From Octopus vulgaris (Eukaryota): a stretch of 64,000 bases of DNA. This document shows, piece after piece, positions 43,670 through 56,673 of this stretch. The notes under the pieces are model-generated. The model was not told the DNA's origin, did no database searches, and saw only the letters and a program-made list of their open reading frames with translations. The translations under genes were made by a program, and so were the position numbers. The stretch is from positions 20,088,001 through 20,152,000 of the forward strand of contig OX597832.1 in the NCBI GenBank assembly GCA_951406725.2, in the 5' to 3' direction. Each line of letters begins with the position of its first letter. Position 1 is the stretch's first letter.

Positions 43670-44068
43670 GGCGCAGGAGCGGCTGTGTGGTAAGTAGCTT
43701 GCTAATCAACCACATGGTTCCGGGTTCAGTCCCACTGCGTGGCATCTTGGGCAAGTGTCCTCTGCTATAGCCCCGGGCCGACCAATGCCTTGTGAGTGGA
43801 TTTGGTAGACGGAAACTGAAAGAAGCCTGTCGTATATATGTATTTATATGTATATATGTGTATGTGTGTGTGTTTGTCTCCCTAGCATTGCTTGGCAACC
43901 GATGCTGGTGTGTTTATATCCCCGTCACTTAGCGGTTCGGTAAAAGAGACCGATAGAATTAGTATTGGGCTTACAAAGAATAAGTCCTGGGGTCGGTTAT
44001 CTCGACTAAAGGCGGTGCTCCAGCATTGCCGCAGTCAAATGACTGAAACAAATAAAAGAGTAAAAGAT
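43670..44068 (+). mobile_element. SINE family B, full length
   Basis: Complete head (A box TGGCTGTGTGG-like, B box GGTTCAGTCCC), body and GTAAAAGA tail. Confidence 0.93.
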
Positions 44069-44452
44069 TATATTAATAAATAAATAAGTCAATAAATAAA
44101 TACAAGAGATGGAGAAAGAAGAGGAAAAATATAAAAAAGCATAGAGGAGGAGAGCGCATGGGGGAGAGAAATGGAGGAAAGTGCGCATAATAATTGGAGT
44201 CTTCCGAAATGGTCAGCCAGTTAACATATTGATTGAAACCGGAAGGGACTGAGCGAAGAATATGAACAGAAATATACTTAAATATGAGTAGGTCATGACC
44301 ATAACGCGAAGAGGTGTCCAAAGGTCGATTTATATACTTAAAAAATGTTAATTCTAAACACACCACTTATTAAGGTACAAAAATATAGTTTCGTGCCTAC
44401 AGACATATAAACACATGACATGCAGGTGTGCTTACACATATGATATATTACA

Positions 44453-44682
44453 GGCGGCGAGCTGGCAGAAACGTTAGCACGCCGGGCGAAATGCGTTGCC
44501 GTATTTCGTCTGCCGTTACGTTCCGAGTTCAAATTCCGCCGAGGTCGACTTTGCCTTTCATCCTTCCGGGGTCGATAAATTAAGTACCATTTACGCACTG
44601 GGGTCGATGTAATCGACTTAATCCGTTTGTCTGTCCTTATTTGTCTCCTCTGAGTTTAGCCCCTTGTGGGTAGTAAAGAAAT
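44453..44682 (+). mobile_element. SINE family A, full length, with 14-bp TSD
   Basis: GGCGGCGAGCTGGCAGAAACG head, GTTCAAATTCC B-box-like, body GACTTTGCCTTTCATCCTTCCGGGGTCGATAAATTAAGTACC. ATATATTACAGGCG at 44443-44456 and 44683-44696. Confidence 0.93.
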
Positions 44683-45490
44683 ATATATTACAGGCGTGGC
44701 CCGTGAATATTTCACGGAACTAATGGCGAACCTGCTGGGTTATTTCTGAAAACTTTATCCAAAAACCCTGAACGCGTAGCCTGTGTTGTGTCTGTATGGA
44801 AAGGTAATCACTCATCTGTTACTCATTGAAAATGAAAGAAATTGGAATACGATAATTAATGTACTTCATATATGCACTCTATTTACTTTATGCAAAATTT
44901 TATAGACTTTAATACACAGCTCTCATAAACTAAATATTCACTTTTCTTTTTCTATTTTACCACTAAACAAAATTTTTAAAAATATTATACCGTACATATG
45001 ATACAACCTTTAGTTAAATTGCATATGACTGCTGCGTAAAGAATCATGAATATTTCACGGAATTGCACTTATGCGCATGTGTTTGGTGATGGTATGTATA
45101 CGAAATTTAGTTCAATTTTTAAAAAATACGCTTTTCTCTATCCAATCACTACTGCCATCACCTCTATCTCCACCACCACCACCACATCACCTTCACCATC
45201 ATCAACTCTCCCCCCTCTCTCCTCTCTCTATTCCTCCCTCACACGCCTTCCCCCTCTCTCCCCCTCTCTGTCTCTGACTTCCTTTAACCTCACCATCGGA
45301 ACATCACCGCTCTGCTAAAATTATATATTTTAACTCTGTTCCTCTAACTTCAACATTTTAAACTACATAATAAATATTACGAGCTCCCACCTACCTCACG
45401 TCATGAACGCTTCTCTCTGCCTCTTATACTTTCTTCTCTCTTTCCCTTCAAATATATACATACACACACACACATACATACATATATATA

Positions 45491-45641
45491 CCGGAGTAAA
45501 CACATAAATGGAAAATAGAGTACACATCAGGTGTAAAATAGAGTACTCAAATACCAGAGGTAGTGTATTATGCATTATTTAAAAGCAGCAGAAATATATC
45601 AAAAGCTGTTACTCAGAGTTTCATGTTCCCGTTCGTCGAGC

Positions 45642-45643
<2 letters not shown>
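45491..45643 (-). mobile_element. PLE-derived family H2 copy with hammerhead motif
   Basis: Colinear with 12446-12585; lies between (TA)n tracts. Confidence 0.7.
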
Positions 45644-45682
<39 letters not shown>

Positions 45683-45805
45683 ACCCAAGTAAGTAACAAG
45701 GATGTCCGGGTGTCAATGCATTAACGCCGTTTCAAGCGGCTCCATTTAATCGACCAATGAAAAGATTACATACAATTGAAAGAAAACGTTCGCCTAAAAG
45801 GCAGA

Positions 45806-45881
<76 letters not shown>

Positions 45882-46053
45882 AAACCGCTCTACTCAGCGC
45901 AGATGACCATAAATATGTGTATAAATATATGTATATATAAATATATATATATTTATATATATGTATATGTATATGTATCTATGTATGTGTCTATGTATTT
46001 ATGTATATACACAAAGTGCACATGGAATATATAATACATTTATTGATATTCAA

Positions 46054-46099
<46 letters not shown>

Positions 46100-46355
46100 T
46101 CCTATTATAGACATTCAATCTTCAAGATATTTTAAGCAATTAAAAATGAAAAAGCAGACGCAGAAATCATAACAAGAGCAAAAATGAGATTTTTGTTATA
46201 TTTTAAATTGTTTTTTATTATTTTAGGAATTTATTTCATTGTCGTATAAACTCTCTGCCCGGGGATTCTGTCACAGAAAACTGATTACTGTACGACCTAA
46301 TTAAGTAAGTGATTGGTATTTGCACCTCACTTGTCAAATGTTGTGTGTAATCATA

Positions 46356-46451
<96 letters not shown>

Positions 46452-47176
46452 CTGTGTGTGTGTGCGTGTGTGGAAATAGAGAGACATAGATAGAAAGAGA
46501 GAAACTAGTTTTTTGTAACCGGAAGCAAAGTGGACATAATATATAAAGATATTTTTTTTTAAATTGTCTATGTGTGTGAGTACATGTATGTGTGTGTACA
46601 CACACACACACACATATATATATATACATTTATATATATATATATATATATAAATATTTACACACACATACACAGACATATATATATATGCGATTGTGTG
46701 TATTTATGTATATGTGCACCTATACACTTATATATATGCGGGTGTGTGCATGTAAAAAATAAATACTTGTGTGTATACATATGTGCTGGTTTGTATGCAT
46801 ATATGGACGTATACACACATACAAAAACACAACAGTTTTAGTTTATATGTTCTAATAAGAATGAATTTTTTTAAAAGCTAATTTATTGATTTAGTTATAG
46901 ACACTTTCTTCTTTAAAACAGTTTCCCTCCCTGTAGATACTATACTCCCAATGGTTCTCATTGCAAGATTCGTCTGGAATTCGTTGGGTGATGCTGTCTG
47001 CTGTTCTTGTCGCAAAATTGATTTTCGAATCTTCCTGGATTCTTATTAGAGGCGTCTCTATCAATTTGACCAAATCCAACAGAAACAAGCGGCCAATCTA
47101 CACACACACAAATAATATATATCTACACACATGGACACAAAGGCACACTGACACGCACGTACGCACACACACACAC

Positions 47177-47218
<42 letters not shown>

Positions 47219-47683
47219 GTACACACATTGCCTCACAATCACACATATACAGGCACACATACATATACGTATGTATGTATGTATGTATGTATGTATGTAT
47301 TCATGTATATATGTATTAGTTGAAATCTATCAGTTTCACTGAAGCGAAATTATTGTCTTTTTTAAATATCCTCTCTCTTGATGTTAGCGAAGCATAAAAT
47401 TACTCTCTTCAAACAGTTACTTACCTACCTTTGTCTATATATCGTTATTAATCTTGTAGTTTCTAATTTTCTTATTAGAATCAGATATCTTTTTCTCTGT
47501 ATTAATCATTTCTTTTCCAGTTCTTTCTACACAAACTGTCTTCTATGATAAAATATATCTACTGACGAAATCAAAAAAAATATTACTAATGGTGAATTGC
47601 TATTTCTCATTTAATCAATACGTAGTTTACTGGTGTCCAGGGTAAAATATGAACTCATTCGCAGCTAAGGTGAAAGTAAAATG

Positions 47684-47747
<64 letters not shown>

Positions 47748-47751
47748 CATA

Positions 47752-48490
47752 TATCAGGTCTGTCCGAATTTTTAATAAAGAAAAACAAGTGATCAAATGT
47801 TATATTTAATTGAAATTTAATCATCAATGTTCTTTCACTGATTATCTATAACTTCCTTCCATCTATTTACAAGCTTTTTAATCCCATCAATGTAAAACTC
47901 TTTTGGTTTCAAACCGAAGAACTCTGAAATGTGATATTCGACCTCCACTTGGCTTGCCAAAATTATGTCCCCCAAATGATTCTGTAAACTACGAAATAAA
48001 CGGTAGTCTGAAGGAGCAAGGTCGGGAGAATAAAGAGGATGAGGAATTTTTTCCCAACCAAGCTCTTCGATCTTCTGTGATGCGATCTTTGCAGTGTGGA
48101 GTCGCGCATTGTTCTGATGAAGCATCACTCATTACGGTTTTTTTTCTTCAAAGCTTGTTTGAAACGCTCTAATTGCTGACAGTAGACTTGAGCATTGATT
48201 GTTGTATTAGGTAGTAACAATTCAAAGTGAATTACTCCTTTGCAATCCCACCAGATAGAGAGAAGAGCCTTTTTCCCACAAAGTTCCCTTCTCAGTTGTG
48301 GTTGAGCTGTTTCCCTTTTAACAAGCTACTGTTTATGACGTTTAACATTTCGATAGAAGATCCATTTTTCGTAACCAGTCACAAGTCTATCCCCAAAAAA
48401 GTGGAATGAGTTCGCGAGAATGGAGAGAAGAGCAGATGTCAACTCTGGGTTTGCAATTGCTTTTGCTCAATTCCTGAGGCACCCATTTTG
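47752..48490 (-). mobile_element. Mariner transposon remnant (catalytic domain and 3' end)
   Basis: RLVTGYEKWIFY..WWDCKGVIHFELL..TINAQVYCQQLER..LHQNNARLHTA..LGWEKIPHPLYSPDLAPSDYRLFRSLQN..FYIDGIKKLVNRWKEVID. Confidence 0.93.
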
Positions 48491-48504
48491 AGACTACGCA
48501 CTTG

Positions 48505-48629
48505 AACTTTCTGTTCAACTGCGTAGTCTGAAAACGTAAAAGAATTTCCCAGTTTTTCCGAGCGTTAAACTAATAAACCTGCTTGTTACTTCCTACACCT
48601 GTCTTCGTCCTTTATTTTCTGTAAATTGG

Positions 48630-48632
<3 letters not shown>
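48505..48632 (+). mobile_element. PLE-derived family H3 copy with decayed hammerhead
   Basis: gaaaacgtaaaaga...ccgagcgttaaactaata...tacacctgtcttcgtc homologous to 42200-42300. Confidence 0.55.
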
Positions 48633-48681
<49 letters not shown>

Positions 48682-49351
48682 ATGTGCGTGTGTGTATGTC
48701 TATGTATGTATGTATGTCTATGTATGTGTGGTATGTACACATCGTTTGCGCAAGCGTCGTTCTTTGTTAATTGACTATATTTATATGGTCGGTGAATATA
48801 GGGATCAGAAATTTCCAATAAAAGAAGTCAACAGTTGGAGTTTGCACTCAAACTCTATAGAGACAATTAGCAACAAAAGACGAATAATTCAACCGGGGAA
48901 AATAACCACACCGAAGATCAAACACACAATATCGATAAGATCGGAAAGATTGATTGAAGACGTTTGTTTACACACGCACACACACGAATACATACGGACT
49001 TAATACACATACATACATATACTCACATACATACATATGCACTTACTCATACACAAGCATACTCACACAGACACGTATACACATACATACATACAGACAT
49101 ATACACATGCACATATATACACATACATGCACATATGTACACATACATGCACATACACATACACGCATATACGCATACACATACATACACGCACAGCTTA
49201 CACACATATACACAAAAACACATACACGCAGATCCAGACACACACACATACATATATATATACGCATTGTTTACGCGTACATATGTATATAAATACATAT
49301 CTATACATATAAAATAAACGTGTGTGTTTATATATATATATATATATATAC

Positions 49352-49572
49352 TCTTTACTCGCAAAACTGTTAAGTTACAGGGACGTAAACACACCTACAT
49401 CGGTTGTCAAGCGATATTCGGGAGACACACACAGACACACAAACATATATAAACACATGCATATATACATACATAAACATATATACTACGGGCTTCTTTC
49501 AGTTTCCGTCAACCAAATCCACTCACAAGGCTTTGGTCGGCCCGAGGCTATAGTAGAAGACACTTGCCCAAA
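49352..49572 (-). mobile_element. SINE family B, central fragment
   Basis: Reverse complement of the family B body. Confidence 0.85.
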
Positions 49573-50161
49573 TTGCATGATAGATAAATAGATAGATAGA
49601 CAGTTAGATCGATATATATAGATATATGTGTGTGTGTAACTGTGTCTGTGTGTTTGTGTATACCTATATGTGTAAGTCTGTGTGTGTGTATTAATATCAA
49701 TGTGTATGTGAATGTGTAGATGAATCTGCGTATGTGTAATTCTATGAATACGGTTGTTGCTAGATGCTTTTATATACAACTTTGTCGTTGAGCATAGATG
49801 AGTCCTCTTGATAGTTCGGACTTCTTGTATTGTCTTCGTGTGTTCTCACCACAAATTTTTGTATGAAGACTTTGTTCGAAAAGCGGTATCGAAAAAAAAA
49901 ATAATGAGAAATTATTTCGGCTTCCGTGCTGATGTGTATAAAATTAGATCACATGTAGACATCGCACACTTGTAAAACTTCGATCCAGATAGGAAGACAC
50001 GCAAGCAAACAGTAACATACACGCATAAAATAATCCTACAATCAGCCTCACGTAAGACAGAAAAGCATTGAACTGTTCCCCAATATAATGATTTACAATG
50101 TGCAATCGCTTGCGACGAAGCAAAGCATGTGTATATATATGCATACATGTATGTATGTATA

Positions 50162-50248
<87 letters not shown>

Positions 50249-50351
50249 GTATATACATATATATACATATATATACACATACATGTATGCATATATATAT
50301 ATGTATGTATATATATATATATACATATATATATACATATACATGCATGCA

Positions 50352-50398
<47 letters not shown>

Positions 50399-50511
50399 GT
50401 ACATTTGAATATATGTTGACTTGTTGACTTGTGCTTGCACACAAACATATTGAATATTTGTGTGTATACATATAGGCTTATACATAAATATATAACTGTA
50501 TGTATAACCTT

Positions 50512-50570
<59 letters not shown>

Positions 50571-52296
50571 ATATAGGCATGTGAGGGAATATGTATGTTG
50601 TGTTTGTGTGTGTGTGAAGCTATAGAAATGGCATACGTTTCTAGAGATTCATGCGACAGTACTACGAAAACGGCGACACGGAATTCTATGCTCTTGAGAT
50701 TCTTACGTACAAACAATAGAAGCAAAACATGTGTGTGTGTGTGTACGCATCTGTGTGTGTGTGTACGCATCTGTGTGTGTGCGCGTGCGTGAATATGAGT
50801 TCCTGAAAATTTAGTCTGAAAATCTAATCGGAAAATTTAGACCAAAATTTTAAAGCCATATCATTTGCTCAATATTCTCACTCATAACACTTTCTATAAA
50901 CTTACAATGAAAATAAAGGATCTAATCAAATGACTTTCAAACTTTCAAGTTGTAGTTCTTTGTCGGGTCGATAAACTTCAAATATATTATTATTCAATAA
51001 CATAAATGCATAAATCAATTACTTCTGTATTTCCAATTCTTATTTGCTCTAGGTAACCATGTGTGTTTCAGTTTTCGATTAGAACTAAATATGGTTTGAA
51101 ATAATCGGTGGATGCTTTTCTTAAGTCCCTAGATACGCACAACACCATGCAAAAAGCCACTTGAAACACGCATCTAGAGTTGTGTTGCTCATAGCTGTTC
51201 CATGAACATACAATTTTAAAATTGAGTACCAGATTAAAATATATATTATGAGATGAAAATCACGGGTGAGAGTCAAAGATGGAAAGGCCTCTCATTATAT
51301 ATTTATTATAGCTATGTTGATAAACGCAGTACTATGAAGAACATCAAATAATTTATTTGAATATTTAACGGTTTTGAATGATTTGCGTGTCATTTCTCCC
51401 GCTTTGAGCATCCAGCTAAGCTATTGAGCATGAATATATGCAGAAACATGCAATATCTTAGCATTAACATTTACATTCTCTATGTGTTCTGAGTTCAAAT
51501 CTTGACTAGGCCTACTATGGTGGTAGACTAAACACACTTGTTTTTCGTCAGTACCACCAATTATATTGGTTAGACTTAGCGGTGTCTACACTATTGAATA
51601 CCTATAAATCATGTTTCTGCTTTTTAAAATATATTCTTCCCTTCTTCCCACCGACACGAGGATTCCTTCAACGGTTCATGGACACTGCCTTCTCTCTTAG
51701 TTGCAAAATAGCATAAAAATGTCTTTCTCCTTATTTTATTGTTCTTTTCCAATGTCGCTATAGCAGATATTTTGGGTAGGAAATGCAGTCGCTTTACTCA
51801 GACTTAGTAGTAGAATGAAATGATATTTTTGTGTTTTTATTCTGAAAGGATAAAAGGCAATGAATTATACCAGAAAATCTAACATTTTAGCAAATCTACT
51901 GTACAACCTACAGTATACAATAATTTCATTTTACCTAAATATAAACAAACAATTAAGATACAATAAACGATTGTCAGAAATCATACATGCAAACTGCAAA
52001 TAAAAAGAATGAAAATTTGAGCATATTAAGAAGGAAAAATACAGAGGTAAATTTGGCTTTTCTTCATACAGAAGAGCACGCAGAAGGTTGAAGAAAATGT
52101 CAATATAGCCATTCCCATCTCCAATTACTTCCAGTGGATTCTGTTGGATAATAATTTGCGGTAGCCACGATAATGTCAAGAACTACTAGAGTTCTACATA
52201 CATATTGTCTGGAATACAAATGGATGAATTTTAGGAAGCTGTAGATACGAAGTGAAAGGAACATTTCATAACATCGAGATGATAATATATCTATAA

Positions 52297-52355
<59 letters not shown>

Positions 52356-52517
52356 TAGGCAAGCATGCGTGTAAATATATATACAGACACACATCAAACA
52401 TATAAGATTATAATGCAAATATTTACAGGTTCCTGGTTCAGTCCCACTGCGTAGCACCTTCAACGAGTGTCTTCTATATTTTTGTGGCGAACAAAATCTT
52501 ATGAGTGGATTTGGTAG

Positions 52518-53102
52518 ACGTTCTGATGATGGCAACGTTCTGATGATGGCAACGGAAACTGCCGAAACTGATGTTAGTCTTAAGAATTCTCGGTCGGCAT
52601 TTTTCGTACAATTACGGTCACTATTAGTGTATATATTTTCATTCATGTGCGTTAAATATACCATATAGAGCATTTTATCTCTTATTTCTGGCAATGTAGG
52701 TGTTTTTAACACTCTAGTCATATTTGTTGCGAATTATAATTCTCCTTTTTGATGAAAACTTGCAACCTGCTGTTTATATTAATTTTGTGTATACACATTA
52801 GCGAATTGCTAAATCATCCATTAATTTTGAGGATGTAAACGTTTATATTAATAGAGAAACAGCTTTGGAAAAAGAGGAACACAGAGCTGGCTTTACTTGT
52901 GATGGCAATGGAAACTGCCGAAAGGGACATCAGTCTCAAGAAATGTCATTAGGCATCTTTTGGACGATTACCGTCCCTGATAGAGCATATGTTTACATTC
53001 ATGAGCGTCAACTACAGCATTAGAGCATTTTAGCTCTTTATAGTAATATAGGTGATTTTTAACACACTAGTCACGTTTACTGAGAATTATAATTTTCCTT
53101 TT
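52518..53102 (+). mobile_element. Two diverged copies (52518-52749, ~52896-53102) of a ~210-bp hammerhead-bearing element (family H4), nested between SINE B pieces
   Basis: Both start gatggcaa.ggaaactgccgaaa and end gaattataatt.tcctttt. The first has an intact CTGATGA core. SINE B pieces lie at 52428-52520 and 53105-53250. Confidence 0.65.
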
Positions 53103-54148
53103 TCCCCACCACAACTTGACAAGCGGTGTTCGTTTGGCAAAAAGAGTTCAACGGAATAAGTATCTGGTTTTAAAAAATCGCTACTGGATCGATTCATTCA
53201 AATAAAACTTCTTCATGGCAGTATCTCCGAATGGCCGTGTTCTAATGAAATATGCACGTAGGAGATAAAGCAAAAGGGATAATTATATATATATATATAT
53301 ATATAAGAAAATAGTAAAGTGTGAAAAAACGACAGAAGGCTTAAATGTTAAAAAATATATATATTTGTGTCAAAATGTCTGGAGAATATTGGAAAAATTT
53401 TTTTTCCTTTCCTTAAAATGACATAATTTTAAAAATTTTAAAAGAAATTACCGGTTTCGCGTGTAGCTTTTCAAATTTTCTTGTGACGTTCATGTTTATA
53501 TTGCATGGAATTATCGTTGTTTTGGATTTCCAGGAGATTTTAAATAAGGGGAGGTAGTGAGTGATTTTTTCCGGTGTAGGAGAGATTAATCGCTTAAAAA
53601 TTTTTCAGAGGCCCTTTTTTGTTAATTTCTCTGTGTCAGTATGTTCGGATGGTTGAGTCTGGTTTGTACTTTTCAATGAAGAATGTTTCCTTGTTCATCT
53701 CATTTGTGTTGATGATCCGAAAACACATTGTAAAATGGGAAGATTAAAAATTGTGGCAGTAGTTGCTTTTGCGCATTTCTCAATGTGCTCACGAAAAGGT
53801 ATCATTCTATATTCTGGGAATGCAATCTGTTGTCGATGCAGTGTGCATCTGCGCCTGAGTGATAGTCCCGTGGAACCCACGTAGTCTTGGTGGCAGCCCG
53901 AGCATTTAATAACATAAATTATGTTTTCAGAGGCACAAGTAAAGTTAGATTTGATCTTAAATTTTGTCCCTCCTCTTTAAAGAAGAATTCTTAATGATCC
54001 TTCCAATAGGTTAGGACATGTTGCACAGTTCGATCTACCACATTTTTTTACTTTTGCATCCGTAATTTTAGAAGACAATTTTGCCTTTGTGAGAATCTTT
54101 TTAAGTGATTTAGGCTGTTTGTAGCTTTTAATGATTTGGTGTATGCTA

Positions 54149-54655
54149 CATTAAAAGCTACAAACAGCCTAAATCACTTAAAAAGATTCTCACAAAGGCA
54201 AAAATTGTCTTCTAAAATTACGGATGCAAAAGTAAAAAAATGTGGTAGATCGAACTGTGCAACATGTCCTAACCTATTGGAAGGATCAGAATTCTTCTTT
54301 AAAGAGGGACAGAAATTTAAGATCAAATCTAACTTTACTTGTGCCTCTGAAAACATAATTTATGTTATTAAATGCTCGGGCTGCCACCAAGACTACGTGG
54401 GTTCCACGGGACTATCACTCAGGCGCAGATGCACACTGCATCGACAACAGATTGCATTCCCAGAATATAGAATGATACCTTTTAGTGAGCACATTGAGAA
54501 ATGCAAAGCAACTACTGCCACAATTTTTAATCTTCCCATTTTACCAATGTGCTTTCGGATCATCAACACAAATGAGACTGAACAAGGAAACATTCTTCAT
54601 TGAAAAGTACAAACCCAGACTCAACCATCCGAACATACTGACACAGAGAAATTAA
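54149..54655 (+). pseudogene. PLE GIY-YIG endonuclease domain, 5'-truncated and frameshifted
   Basis: KCGRSNCATCPNL...FKIKSNFTCASENIIYVIKCSGCHQDYVGSTGLSLRRRCTLHRQQI...FSEHIEKC: CxxxxCxxC, IIY..C..C...YVG, R and H of the PLE endonuclease. Confidence 0.88.
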
Positions 54656-54792
54656 CAAGGAAAAGGGGAAAAAAAATTTTTAAGCGATTATCTCCCCTAC
54701 ACCGGAAAAAATCACTCACTACCTCCCCTTATTTAGAAATCTCCTGGAAATAAAAACAACGATAATTCCATGCAATATAAACATAACGTCAC

Positions 54793-54832
54793 AAGAAATT
54801 TGAAAAGCTACACGCGAAACCGGTAATTTCTT
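54793..54832 (+). ncRNA. Type-I hammerhead ribozyme-like motif, U3-A8 core variant (mirror copy at 53442-53482, minus)
   Basis: AAGAAAT-TTGAAAA-GC(TACAC)GC-GAAA-CCGG-TA-ATTTCTT: 7-bp stem I, palindromic ACCGGT stem III, GUA cleavage triplet, in the PLE 3' UTR. Confidence 0.7.
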
Positions 54833-55007
54833 TAAAAATTTTTAAAATTATGTCATTTTAAGGAAAGGAAAAAAATTTTTCCAATATTCTCCAGACATTT
54901 TGACACAAATATATATATTTTTTAACATTTAAGCCTTCTGTCGTTTTTTCACACTTTACTATTTTCTTATATATTCACCCACGTGCTTTACCAAACAAAC
55001 TTTCTTA

Positions 55008-55093
<86 letters not shown>

Positions 55094-56581
55094 GATAGAC
55101 ATATATGTAGAGACAAACAGACAGAGAAGCGTAATAATATTTTATTTTGCAGATTGCATGTTAATTCAAATTTCATACGAAAAGGAACGTTTGCTCCCAG
55201 GCGTAATCTTTGAACACACTATCATCATTTTTTAAAATCATATATATATATATATATATATATACGGACACACATACACACAGATATATGTGTATATATG
55301 TGTATATACATACCTGTGTATCTGTGTTGTGTGTATATATATATATATATATATTTACACACGAATGACTGGACAAACGAAAGAAAAAGGCAATCAACGC
55401 AATCTGTAGAACATGTTTTATTTAAAACCATTTGGTTCGGTTCTGTGCTATTTCAATTTTCACAGGCCCATAACAGGAGCCCGATTCATTCCGGCTTATA
55501 TGAATGTGAATATGTCACTGTGTAATTGCGCATCGTGTTGCTTGTGTCTGTCACTGGAGCGGCTGCGTCCCAGAGTACGACCTTGAAAGGCTTTGTCGAA
55601 TAAAACGAACGCTGTACTTACTTTGGTACTTGTACGTATGCCAGCCGATTCACTTGATGACAAGTTTGGTTTTAGAAAATTAAATATACGTCTATTATGA
55701 AACAGCGGGTAAAATACACAGAGAACTACACACGAATATACATTCCGACCTCTAAGTTCAATCACAACGTATAGCCCACCCTTGGGTATAATATAAATCG
55801 CTTGTCCAAGATATCGAGAAGGAGAATTTAAATTAAAACTGTACGGAGGAGAATCGAACACCCTACGTCGAACAGCCACGCTTGCTCCGCTCCTTTTCAT
55901 ATACTTTAGTCAGTTAGGATGGACGTAAGTTAGAGCAGGAACCATACAAATTATTGTTATATAGCATATACAAGTGTATTCAATACAAATGCGAACATAC
56001 GGTATCGTAAGCTTTGAAGCTTATGCAAAAATATCTTGATGGCAACCACAATAATATTCTCATTCAAATGTTTATTTGTTTATAAGTTTACATATAAACA
56101 AATATGTTTGCTCGAATGAAATTAAAAAGAATTACTAAAATTTCAAAGTCCACATTGTGCAATTGATATCATTATTCCCGTATAATAGAGTTTGTCATTA
56201 AAGTTTATATTCTTACAAAACTGAATTGAAATACAGCACTAAGAATTCATTTGAACACCGTTACTCATATATACGCGTATACGTATATATACATATTTAT
56301 GTGTATGTGTGTGTTGCTTGAGTTATAATAACGTCTGAGGTATGTTTATATAGTTTGCGTAATCCAACAGTCGCGATCACATGAAATGGACAACGAGACT
56401 GAAAACAAAATATAAATACTACGCACCTTTTGATGAACACGCGCATGCACGCACACAGACGAAGGCAGACACATATGTATACATTCGTATCCATCAATCT
56501 ATCTACGTGCACACACACACACACACATATATATATTTATACATACATACACACACATATATATATACACACACACCTATC

Positions 56582-56671
<90 letters not shown>

Positions 56672-56673
<2 letters not shown>

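Larger units (their letters stand above)
53298..55009. mobile_element. Penelope-like element 3' end (GIY-YIG endonuclease plus 3' UTR) present as a ~830-bp-arm inverted repeat
   Basis: 53298-54133 is the reverse complement of 54149-54974, with a 15-nt spacer. The plus arm continues 35 nt further; (TA)n lies on both sides. Confidence 0.92.

Noticed and set aside
45715-45750. Minus-strand GAGCCGCTTGAAACGGCGT as a hammerhead remnant
   Set aside because: Only GAAAC is present; the core and stems cannot be assigned.
46891-47100. Unique island open on both strands
   Set aside because: Neither peptide is recognisable and both are short enough to occur by chance.
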